Positions 39,701 to 50,200 of a stretch of 64,000 bases of DNA are shown here, piece after piece; position 1 is the first letter of the stretch; each line of letters starts with the position of its first letter. Source of the DNA: Raillietiella orientalis (Eukaryota); assembly GCA_036172245.1 (NCBI GenBank), contig JAYWIR010000017.1, positions 1,116,001-1,180,000 on the forward strand, in the 5' to 3' direction. The position numbers and the translations under genes were made by a program. The notes under the pieces were generated by a model that was given only the letters and a program-made list of their open reading frames with translations, was not told where the DNA came from and ran no database searches.

Positions 39701-40060
39701 GCCAGAAAGCAGCAACCAATCGGTTTCTAGTTACGAAAGCGCGAGAAGTAAAGACTTATTTCCTTCTAAATGCTGATAGAAATCCCCGGATGCAGATAGG
39801 AATGTCCTGGGATTTAATGACAAGATTCTGGTGTGGGAGTTCCTGCCTCGCCATGTGGATCCATCGGAGCTGAATGGGCAAATTGATGAGGTACTAGTCG
39901 AAGATGCGGATTAGGAGCCTTCGCTACCCCAAGAACTTCTTTCACTGACAGTACCAGTAGAAAAAGTTAAAACCTGCTGCGATACATCAAGGAAGCAACC
40001 GGAAGGAGATGAGCTAGAAGGTGACCGGACTCTCCCAGAAAAGAAAGCCCAGTCGTTCCC

Positions 40061-40545
40061 TTTTTTGTGTGTGTGATCATTCTCCCACTCCAGAATAAGA
40101 GTTAACCCACAATTTAGATTTTTCGGATTTTTGTCCAATCTCATTACCATCCGTCATAGAAGTACCTCCTCTTGATACCAACCGTCTTTCGAGATCAAGC
40201 ACTCCAGTCACGTGAATACACCGCTCCCTCTTAAGCAAAGAATTCCTCCCTTTCATTCTTCTCCCTGCTTCTTACCATCTTTATCGGTTTGCTGTTTGAA
40301 TGTGTGCTGTCAGATCATGCAACACTTCCTACCAAGATGCTCTACTTCCATCTTTGGTTCGTCATTCTTCATCGCAACAGGCTTCCATGGTCTCCATGCT
40401 ACGGCCGGACTTGACTGCCTTTACTCGAAATTCCTACACTCTCCATGACTCGCATTCGCCACCTCTCATTTGAGCTTCCTTCGAGATGCTGACAATTCTC
40501 AGGCATTGTGATTATTCCTGTTCCTATTCCTATGTCTATGAACAT
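40061..40545 (+). pseudogene. cox3: NUMT: 3' part of mitochondrial cytochrome c oxidase subunit III
   Basis: With the invertebrate mitochondrial code (TGA=W, AGA=S) and frameshifts: WSFSHSSMS, VPPLDT...VTWMHRSL, SLLLTIFIG, SIFGSSFFIATGFHGLH, HLSFE...WQF..., WLFLFLFLCLW, the conserved COX3 motifs in order. Confidence 0.9.
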
Positions 40546-40601
40546 ACTCTTGTAGTATATATAGTACAAATAATTTCCAATTATTAAGAAATAAAAGAGT
40601 A
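40546..40601 (+). pseudogene. trnG: NUMT: mitochondrial tRNA-Gly(TCC), T-arm-less
   Basis: Acceptor ACTCTTG/AAAGAGT (6 of 7 pairs), anticodon arm AATAA-TTTCCAA-TTATT, only 8 nt between anticodon and acceptor stems; directly follows cox3. Confidence 0.85.
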
Positions 40602-40658
40602 GTCCTTTGAGTGTGCCGTAACACATCATCCTTTCAAGATGAAAACATTTCAAGAACG
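40602..40658 (+). pseudogene. trnE: NUMT: mitochondrial tRNA-Glu(TTC), T-arm-less
   Basis: D arm GTGT/ACAC, anticodon arm TCATC-CTTTCAA-GATGA, 8 nt replacement loop, acceptor GTCCTTT/CAAGAAC (5 of 7 pairs). Confidence 0.75.
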
Positions 40659-40700
40659 TTTGAGTTGAGCTTACGCACGCCAATGCTAATGGTAAAAAAA

Positions 40701-40827
40701 ATTCCCCAACTTAATCCTATAACCTTCTACTATCATAATCATTTCAGAATCAGTATCTAATCAAATTATCTATTGTTCTCTTAAGCATTTTCAACATTTG
40801 CTCTAAAAAGACTAAAATTATTGCTAA
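40701..40827 (+). pseudogene. atp8: NUMT: mitochondrial ATP synthase subunit 8 relic
   Basis: Starts ATT CCC CAA CTT AAT CCT ATA = (M)PQLNPM, the conserved ATP8 N-terminus; AT-rich, frameshifted, length plausible for atp8. Confidence 0.6.
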
Positions 40828-41709
40828 CTCTAGAAGGGTAACGTGACGATTTGGGGCATAAATGGTTTCGTAGAGTCATATAGGACACCGATTAAAATGA
40901 TTATGAAAATTTAATATTTTTCCATCGAAATGTTATTTCGTTAATGAATTGCTATTATCTTTGCGAATTATTTTACAAGCTATTTGCACACTCACAACGT
41001 GAGGGCTTTCGGTGTTGCGCACGTATGACTTTTTTGCAGGCACCTACTTTTCCTTTCCGGTTGGCGGAACGTGGGCGCATTTCGCAGCGCTTATCAATGG
41101 TCAAAGGTCCTTTCGGAACATCTTGGAACCTCAGATGCTCTTTACCCAGTACAGATGAAATCGAATTTGGCAAAGAACGAGGCAGATCTTTGCATTGTAA
41201 CCCGTGTCCCATGTGAGGTGTTACAAGCTGCTGCTATAGCTCTCTGCTTCCGTATTTCCTTCATCTGAATCTCGGTCTTCATCGGATGCAAACTCTTCCA
41301 AACTAGTTTCTCTTCTTCCACAGAGTCCAATCAACCCTTCCATTTTCCCCAAGTCCCACAAGGGGTGGGGTAAATTTATTTTCCTAATTTTTCATTACAT
41401 TGATACTACAATCACTTTCACACACCAATCAACCCTTCCAGATCATTCTGTGTAAAAATTCCATTATGAGAGGCCCCGGGTGCAAATTTTTATGTGCAAC
41501 GCGAAAGGTGGCGTGGTGTCGCATACGACATAGCCGGGCACAAAATGAAACAAAAACAACCGATTTGCACGCAGTGGCGGCTGCAGGCACCTACTGAAGG
41601 CTTGGTAGCACGTAGCTGGAACGGCATGCCCGCAGGGTTGACCATGGCAGGGAGTCTGCACGTTTTAGTTCCTGTGTGTCGCATATGGTACCACGTTACC
41701 CTTCTAGGG
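40828..41709. mobile_element. Non-autonomous piggyBac-family DNA transposon (882 bp)
   Basis: 18 bp TIRs CTCTAGAAGGGTAACGTG (40828-40845) and CACGTTACCCTTCTAGGG (41692-41709), 1 mismatch; flanks CTAA / TTAA; the CCCTAGAA terminus is piggyBac-typical; subterminal GTGTCGCATA repeated at ~41516 and ~41676; no transposase ORF. Confidence 0.85.
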
Positions 41710-41718
41710 TTAAAAAAC

Positions 41719-41777
41719 ATTAACATAGTTAAGGTAATGACATTTGTTTTGCAGATAAAAAGTTTCAATTCTGAATC
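41719..41777 (+). pseudogene. trnA: NUMT: mitochondrial tRNA-Ala(TGC), decayed, T-arm-less
   Basis: TA-GTT..GAC D arm, anticodon arm TTTGT-TTTGCAG-ATAAA, acceptor ATTAACA/TCTGAAT (5 of 7 pairs); lies just after the piggyBac TTAA. Confidence 0.6.
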
Positions 41778-42049
41778 AAGGAACGCTTACAGCAATCAAT
41801 TAATGATTCATGCACCTAGCGGATGGAAGCAGAATATCCGCTCCCAAAACGGACGGAAGGCGAGCGAAAATAAGGTAAAAGACTTCTCGAGCCCATCTTT
41901 CGAGCTGCAGAGGATAAGACGTGCTTTCTCTCGTTTTTGGAGAATACCGGAGTTGGCTGGAAATGAGTCGAGGAATCAACAAAGCCTCCTTACAGATGGT
42001 TCGAACAGCGCTGCAGATTGAAGCCCTCAAGAAAACAAAGCAACGCGAT

Positions 42050-43300
42050 CTCGGCCAACTCCAGAAACAAAACCGAAATTATTAAAAAAAAAAAAAATAG
42101 TGCAGATCAAACAGAAGGTCGTCTCGTAGGTCAGAAACACCTCCTTTTTATCGGATGTCGGATGCGCAAAGCTGGTTTTGAGATGCTTTCGAGCAGCATT
42201 GCAACGTCTTTCCACAGAGGACACCGCCACCGACCTACGAGATGCGATCTCCCCAGTTGATCTCCCTTCACGCCCGAGAAAGCAAAATCGATGCTGAGAA
42301 GCCCGAAGACTCAACATCAGGACTGGAGGGAGGTCAGTTGACTCCCCGGAGGAGAGGTACTGGCAAGCATATTTAATGTATCCCTCAGGAGACAGAAGAT
42401 TCTCAGGTCCTGGAGACGCTCTAAAGCCATTCCGCTTCCGAAATCTTCCTCATCTGAGAACATCAACGAAAGATCGATCTCAGGAGACAACATGCACCCG
42501 CCAAGTGCTCATCCCAGAGACTGAGAACGACAGAGAGAAATATTATAGTTGCTCGCCCCACAAAAGGAGCATCTCCAGCTTTGCTGGGGTCCCAGAGCCA
42601 AAGTTTACCCTCCTCACGTGCCCGAAGGGCTTGAGACAGCGATTTAGGGATTTGTGTACAGAATTCATAGTACTTGTGGGTAGGTTGGGGACCAATTTGC
42701 ACTAAATCGTTCAGAATGCACTATCTCGTTCAAGCTGAGGTGAAAAACCAGCTCATAGAACACATTCGTGTCCAGTCAGATGGAAAAGATACCATCAGAA
42801 ATGAAGATTGAAAGGGCAGGAAAGCAAGGCTGCCTTCTAAGTGCCTTACCTCTCATCAATGCCATGGAGCCGGTGTTGGGCGGAACATGAGTTCCGAACG
42901 AGGGAGGAATCCCTTTTGGTACCTATGCTGATGACTTGATGATACCAGCATATGAGGAGCCAACGAATAGATTGGCACTTCTAGAAAGCTTATGACATGG
43001 GTTCCGGACTCTCTGTTAACCCCTCATAAGTCTATCACACTGCATCTCTCTGCTGCAACTTACAAAGGATGAACGACCGATCACCTTTCGCACTGATGGA
43101 CCAATCTACGGTCGTGAACCAGATGGCGCCTACAAATACTTGAGTAAGACACTCGGTCTTGAGTTACTTCCTTTGATCCCAACGAGGGATGGAATAATTG
43201 CCAAGGCCGAGGCTATTCCTAACTCTGGGTTGTCCTCATGGATTCCCTTGTAATTGTTTTTCATTCCTCTAGAAGACGCAGATTCAAGACTCTTGCAAGA
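42050..43300 (+). mobile_element. NeSL/Utopia-like non-LTR retrotransposon RT relic
   Basis: DWREV..P.GEVLASIFN, VLIP, AGKQGCLLSALPLINAMEPVL, TYADDL (~42925), GLSVNPHKSITLHL, YKYL..TLG, IPNSGLSSW...FFIP: an RT/thumb series typical of RLE-type elements. Confidence 0.75.
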
Positions 43301-43302
43301 CC

Positions 43303-43940
43303 TCGCGTTGGAGGCCGTGTGGCTGCTGTCTCCGCGCGTGGTACCAAGCGGGTTCGAATCCCGCCCGGGGAAAGGATCGACGCCGAGAAATGAGTGCGTC
43401 GTGGGTTTGGAGTTCTCCTGCAGGATGACGCTGGCTGGTCCAGGACTCCGGGTGCAGCACTGGTGGAAGCTGGAAAACCGAACGATCCCATTGAATGGCA
43501 GGGATTGGAAGTTGACCCTCCGGGGTCCTACCAGGAATCAAGGGGTTCTTCGGGGTTCCTTTCTGACTGTAAAAAAAGAGTCGTCCCTCCCCCTTCGGAG
43601 GTAATCCTCCATCTCGTACCATGGAACTGGTCGATACCCCCCCTCGTACTTTGTAATATCTCTCCAGAGTGTAAGTAGCGTGCTGCTCTCTTCGAGGTTC
43701 TCTTCAATGGAGGAAACAGGAAGCAATTCCTTCGCAGGTTTCCTTCAGAGAAGAAATAATAGAGCAGTCCCCTCCGGGCAGTCCCTCCAAAGAAAATAAG
43801 GAAGAGGTTCCCTTCGGGGGGCCTTCCCAAGCCTAAGAGGAACGGACTCCTTCCTCCGGAGCCTTCCTGGATTCATAGGGTGGTCTCCTCTCGAGGTACT
43901 CCCTAACTTGAAAGGTTAAGACGTGTGTTTAAGACCCTTG
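43303..43940 (+). mobile_element. tRNA-derived SINE, copy E
   Basis: TGGAGGCCGTGTGG A box, GGTTCGAATCCC B box (43351-43362); colinear with the other copies. Confidence 0.85.
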
Positions 43941-44083
43941 AAGAAGTGGAGTTCGAAGGAAGAGAAAAAAAAAGTTCGTCCATGAGAAAAAGGTGATTCA
44001 TCAAAGCGCAAGACAGAAAGACACAGCAGGTTGAACAGGGCCCTTGTGGGTTATCCTTTATCCCCGTTTTTTTCTGAAATAAG

Positions 44084-44195
44084 ATCTGTTCTTATCAGCT
44101 TAATATCTGATACGCCACCTGTCTGGTCCAGTGCATTAAACTGCTTTTCTGGAAATGAACGAATGCTTGGGAGGCTGTTTCTTCTCCGGAAGCTG
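44084..44195 (+). pseudogene. U2: U2 snRNA pseudogene fragment lacking the 5' end and branch-point recognition sequence
   Basis: ATCTGTTCTTATCAGCTTAATATCTGATACG matches metazoan U2 from about nt 38 (stem IIa); downstream TTAAACTGCTTTTCTGGAA...TGCTTGGG follows the U2 Sm-site/stem III region in degenerate form. Confidence 0.9.
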
Positions 44196-44879
44196 GGAAA
44201 ATTCGCAAAGTCCGAGTGGATTCTGACAAATCGCCGGATGAAAAGAGTGGTAACAAGAAAAAAAAAAAAATTTTTTTCACCTACTCGTTCAAGCATTTAG
44301 CGAAAAGCTGTTTGGAGAACGCTCGACACGATGTGTGCGTGGACCGGGCATATTCGTTGTGGCAGCTTCTTGAAGCGTCTCACTTCGTTGGATCAGGCAG
44401 CATCTCTACAGGTGGCGAAAAAGAGGATTGCCTACGAATTCTGATTCGGGAGAATTTTCATCGGGAGAAAAATTTTCACGGAGATTCCAAAGAAACAGCC
44501 TGGATGTACGAGGCTTGTGGACATCGCCAAGACAAGCGTCTTCACACACGGGTGCATAATGGAGGCTGACATAGAGGGAGGGAGCTGCAGATAGTTGCTG
44601 GCGAAAATGAGCACTTTCCTTCATATACGAAACGATCACTGAACTGCCTCTTGAATCGATAGTAAATCTGCTTTTGCAAAAGAATACAAAGTAGTTATCA
44701 GGAGCTGCGTAATTTCGTAGAACGGAAGGAACTGTTAATAGCACGCCCCACGAACGCGTGGTTACAGTATTGCCAGATACATTGTGTCGTTCGATGTTTA
44801 ATTTTTTTTTTTCTTCTCGGAATCAAATCACTAAGGAATAATCACGGAAACACATACGGCGCAAATTTTCACATTTGAA

Positions 44880-45950
44880 AATGTGTGCCGCACAGCGGAA
44901 TTCTGGTCAACTTGGATATCGTGGGTGAAGACTGGGTGAAGACTTATGCTCATCGTTTGGGTCACATGTTTGCTTTTCGTCAAGTTGCCGTCGGAAGTGC
45001 TGCAGGCTGTTGCAGTGAGTATATCACCATGAACGTGAGAAAGGCAGCTGCGTTAGCTGCAGCTGGGGCACTACCATTCTCCTGGTGCAGGCCAAATGGG
45101 AGGTCCGATGTGAGATCTGTGGAACACCAAAGTAGCTAGGTGGTTGGACCACGAACCAGCTGACAGACTCTAAGACCCCAAATGCCCCACCGAAGGTACT
45201 ATTGCGCTGGGAAGAGCTGCTGGGAATTCCACGAAAATACCTCGAGTGGCCCCCAGCGCTGAAAAACAACCCCCCTGAAGTGGCAGGAGTCGGCACTTCT
45301 ACTGTTGCACTGGGGCTTCCCGTGCAACACCCGCCGGTCTCACTAGACCCGGTGGCCTGTGGACCCCAACTGTTGCAGGTGAGAGAAGCGGTAATTTCTC
45401 TCGCACCTGCTCGTGGACCGTGGTCCTCCAGCCCCTGTGGTGGCTCTACGCAACGGCCCTTGGCGCACCAACAGACCACCCCAGAGACGTATTCAAGCAT
45501 CTCTTCGTGCGCAGTGTTCTTTCGCCTACTGCAGCCCTAGCAGCTCTTTGATGCTAGCGCTGCATTGTGGCGGCCTGGAGCTACGCGACAGGAGGACGGC
45601 TCAATAAGGACGCCATCTGCTTCGCCCTGAGCTCCATGAGGACGGCAGCTAGATGGTCCCATCTGGGACATACTCGGATGGAACTTGCCGGCATCCTGGA
45701 AAGGATACAGAGGACGGCCTCCAGAGGAATTTGATCCCTTCCCGTGCCCACCAGACTTTTTTTTTATTGATACTTATTTTATTTTTATTTTTGTCTACCC
45801 TTTCCCCCTCCGCTGCCGAGGCGAACTTCGCCGGTCTGCGTGCCGGTTACTCGGCAGATTTCGAGCATTTGCGTACAATGTAGGGCCGAGGGCCCTATAC
45901 ATGTTTGTTTATTTTTAAAATAAACGCCCCGGCGCACCCGGATGTTAAAC
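44880..45950 (+). mobile_element. L1/Tx1-like 3' relic (family 2)
   Basis: KWQESALLLLHWGFPCN...VDPNCCR*..FLSHLLVD (zf-RVT); ORF end ARWSHL..MELAGILERIQRT; UTR structure 45813-45857; AATAAA at 45919 plus terminal stem-loop. 5' boundary uncertain (homology secure from ~45130). Confidence 0.8.
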
Positions 45951-46439
45951 CACTCTCCTGGTCGTGCGACATAAGGGATATATCCTAATTAATTGGGTTG
46001 AAAGGAATACAGACATATCCCAAACTAAGCATTTACTAGAGCAAAGTCGTCCTCAAGGACAGGCACTCTTGCAAAATGTATGGCTGTTTACCAAGCAGAA
46101 TGTCCTACCAGCTTCTGGATGGGTGAATTTCGGTGAATTCTTACTAGAGCTTGCTTCTTTTCAATAAACGCATGTGGTTGTTCTCCTGGAGCACAAAAGA
46201 TATCTATCCTTTGCCGCGTGACTGCATGCAAAATTATAAAATGATTGGCAAGATATAAAAGAATACGTTCCTTGTAATTTAACTCTGTGACTGTTGCCAC
46301 TGATTTCCCTGTGCCACCCAATTTGCAGCGAAAGGTGGGTTTTAATCTCCTTCTTGCTTACTTAGTGACCAACCCTTTGCGTTCTGAGCACCCCTATCAC
46401 CCATAAGTAATTTTTCGAGACCTGTGGTTTTTGTTTCCA

Positions 46440-47240
46440 GCCAATTTGGGGCGTTGAAAAAACTGACCGTGCTGTCCACTGCCAAAGTAACCCAATCCGG
46501 CTCCAGATTCGATGCAACCACGAGGAGGAAGTTCGCATCAAGTGTTCAGCGCAGTCAGGCGTGGCACAAGCGCCGATAGGGAATCACAGGGACCAGAGTA
46601 GAATTACGTGGTGCGATGGATTGCGCAGAATCCCGAACCACTTGCTCCTTCGGGGAAGCGAATCCAGTCTTCAGGTTATGGATCCAACCGTTGCTGACTG
46701 GCACGGCATCCTTCCTCTCAGAGGGGACTGCGTGCTGCGCGCGGGATCGTGGCTGCGGAAGATGTCAAGTTTGGAACGAGAATCCGCTTCATATGCCAGA
46801 CCACTCTCCAGTGCATCCAGCAACATCATGCCTTGATTCACCTACTGATAATGTTAGTTGGAGGGAGCTGGGAAGTAATTTCCCGAAATAAATACTTCCC
46901 AGCAATAAACTCCTGCCTCCGTCCGGATCTAATACTTCGCAATGGGCGAAGAATTCTCATCCTGGACGTTGCCTGAGCACCCCTGACACGTTCAGAAGTG
47001 CTTTAGAAACAAAGTAGGCCATATACAATGACCTTGCTGTCTCCTTGTCAACCAATGATGTTCAGGTGACCTAACAGAATGTTCAGGGTTCCTAACAGAA
47101 TCTCCAGGATAATGTGATCCTCAAAATGAAGTGATGCGACGACTGAAGATCCCACAGATGCACCACGTCAAAAATAAGATGCCTTATGATTTGCCTCTAG
47201 CATCCAATGCAGTCGCGATATCTACTGAAACTATAGATTG
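46440..47240 (+). mobile_element. NeSL/Utopia-like C-terminal relic (CCHC knuckle + restriction-like endonuclease)
   Basis: NHLLLRG, GILPLRG, DRGCGRCQ..ENPLHMPDH, LRPDLILRNGRRILILDV (PD..D), CDPQNEVMRRLKIP, SRDIY. Confidence 0.8.
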
Positions 47241-50200
47241 GGACCTATACATTAGCTTGGCCTTTACATTGACGCCGAAGAAGACCGACCAATGCTGATG
47301 TGGACGGAGGATTTTTGGAAGCGATACCGTAACCTGACTCGAGCAGAACAAAATCTGTCGGGCGTGAAGTGACGAAGAGTTGCTGCCTAAAATCATCGCA
47401 AGCATCAGCCATAAGAGGCTACTCCTTCCAGTTACGTGTGACCCTCACGGTCATCTGTAATCTAGTGGAAAAATGCCAGTCTGCACCCTAACTATGAGAT
47501 GTTCAGTACTTCTATGGTGTACAAGACAAGCACCCTTGCACCATCCTTCATGGAGGGAACATTTCAACAGACAGACAAAAAAAAAAAATCAAAAAATCAT
47601 GAGTAGTTTGCTGCAGTTTGTACCAACTCATTAAGACTTTGTGGATTTCCGCTCTCCCAGTTCCTTAACCAGCCAAGCAATTGTAAACATGACCGACTGA
47701 TCTCATCAAAATCATCAGGTAGATGCAAGTACACTGGACCGCGCAAGTAGAACTCGTCACCACTGAACGCTGCAGCTGAAATCATAAGTTTTCATTTCAT
47801 GGCACATCCTCGAACTATGGAGGGTAGAGATGTGCAACTGTGATCCACCATCATGGTCGATCTCATAGGAAACCATGACATGCTAAAGAGAAATATGCTT
47901 CTCTTCTATTCAAAATGCTCTGGGTCTTCGTATTTTTAAGCAGCATCCGCCAATGAAAAAGCATCGTTTCCATCAGCCAGCAGTGACCCTTGTTAAAGAG
48001 CAGCATAAACCTCGAACAAATGAGCTGCCATCATGGAAACCAATGTTTTTCGGCGGAGGATTTTTTCAAAAGTTCCCGAGACAAAATGCGAAACTTAGCT
48101 TCGTTTTGATCTCCACCTGCTACATAAGAATTCCTCAAGGAGATTGTGGACTGTAATTCCAGTAGATAAGACCCTCTTCAATGGAAGCTGAATTCCTTTT
48201 TCCTCAAGAACGCGTCTGCAAGGACACGCTGCAAGAAAAGCTCGGACGTTCGGTGAAAATGACCAAAGTTATATGCATTGGGTAATCCTGAGTGAATTAT
48301 TCAAGAACACTGTCTTTAAGATCTTTCCTTGTCAGGCTTACAAATACAACCCTTCACGTTTTTCATGAGCACTTTAGCGGGTTTCCCACCTCACGGGACA
48401 GTAATCGATTCATCCGTTCCAGACTAGTCGTTGCAACAAGCCACAGGAGAAACAAGTGAAGAGTCGCTGAATGAGATTTGCAAACTGCAGGAAACTGCGC
48501 ACCGGAATAAGATGAATTTCCAACTCCTAATGGAAAAAAAGACCAAGGATCAGAAGAAAACAAGCGACAAAAGTAGCTCCGATCGATGCAAAAAGTTGTG
48601 GTCTCACTCTGGAGATGAGCACATCCGTGCTGATGCGCAGTGTACTTTAGAATTTCGTCACTTTGGATCATAACGAAAAACAACCATGAATAATGAAACG
48701 TCCTTTGTGATTAGTGGAATGCAGCAAAAATAAAATGCAGAGGTACTCCTAGCAATTACTGAAGGCTCATGCCGTTTGTTTCTTGCATTCGTTTCTTTAT
48801 AGATCAACTATCACAACCTTAAGGCAAAATTCACAGAGCAATGGGCTGAAATTAGTTTCAGCTGGAGTGAGAAATGGTCAAATTCACTAGGTAAGCCAAA
48901 ATGATTGCAAGAGGGCTCCTGAATTTTTCCTGAAGGCAAAATTCAACACTGCAAGGTTCAATGATATGAGAATGGAGTCTGAGTTTGTAAAAAATCTGCG
49001 AGATTTGTAAAAATCCAAAAAAAGAAAGAAATTAGCTCTCGTGTAAGGAATCGCAGCTCTTGAGAAAAGGCTCGCCAGAAGACAAGAAAAACTGTTACTG
49101 AATGTGTTTAAACATGAAGAAGAAAACAGCCTGAACCATAAAACACTAATCACAGAAATCACAAAAGAAATCAGTAGTGGAGGCTGAGTGCAGTAAAAAA
49201 AAAAAAAAGAAAAAAGAAAGGAAGAAATTAGGAAGACTGATGCTGTGCACTTTCCTGTGCTATGGTACATGCTATGCACAAAAAGATTAGGCATACCGAC
49301 ATATGACCGGGGTCCGAATGACGAATCACCTTTACAGCAGAGTCAAGACTTCAACATGAGTTCATGCAAAAGCAATTACTGGATCGAGCAGTGCAATTCC
49401 TTGCATCTTGCGAAACGTGTTCTGGTTAGAAATGTCGCATCAAGCGCCAGTACTGGTCCGGGTAATGAAACCATATAATGAGTCTATTAGTTCGGGGATC
49501 TGGAAACGTTCGCGTTTTCGTGATTTTCGGCGTCAACGCAGGCAGGATTGATTATGGGGCATGCTGAAATCAAAGAGCATGGGAAACTTCCCACAGTAAA
49601 CGGTGGCAGACAGTGCGTACACAGACTGCAGCTTTTAAAAAGTCTTCACACCTCACCTCGCCTCACGGGCGTCCCATTAACGGAACGCTCCTTAAATGAC
49701 CACTATCACAGTTAGGGAGGCATGAGTCTTTAGGGGATGGGATGGGATGATGGATGAGCGCCTTTGTCGTGCACACACATAAGTAAGTTTCATCCCGATC
49801 CTGATCGCTGCGTTCCGACTGCTCCATAGATCGTTTTCCCGATCGTTATGCTTGAAATCGTAGCCGCGTGGTATAGCCTTCCAGGAACGCAACCAGATGG
49901 TCTCTGCAACGGTCCGATTAGGCAAAGTTCAGACTTGCTGTGAAGATGGTGAGTGACGTGGGACCACATTGGCTGTCTAAGCACCGAAATGTGTTCGCTG
50001 TAAATGTTTCAAGGCCTTTGTGCAGCGAAGCTCCTCAGCTGCTGATCTGTCCAAAGAAGGTTGAGTTTCGCGATGATATTCGGAAAACCTTATGATCCAA
50101 CGAATTAAGAATGATGCCATCAAGGACTTGGATTTTTGGAGGCCAAGTTAAAACCATAAAAAACTACTATGAAAAACTTCCTCCTCCATCAAAACGGGCA

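Noticed and set aside
40805..40845. Mitochondrial tRNA-Ser(GCT) at TTGCTAAC
   Set aside because: The motif straddles the piggyBac target site and left TIR, which explains the sequence.
43303..43370. Functional tRNA genes at the GGTTCGAATCC motifs
   Set aside because: No complete cloverleaf; each is the head of the same ~600 bp dispersed repeat.
47300..47325. GGATTTTTGGA resembling the U2 Sm site after the RLE relic
   Set aside because: Only 11 nt, with no flanking U2 similarity.
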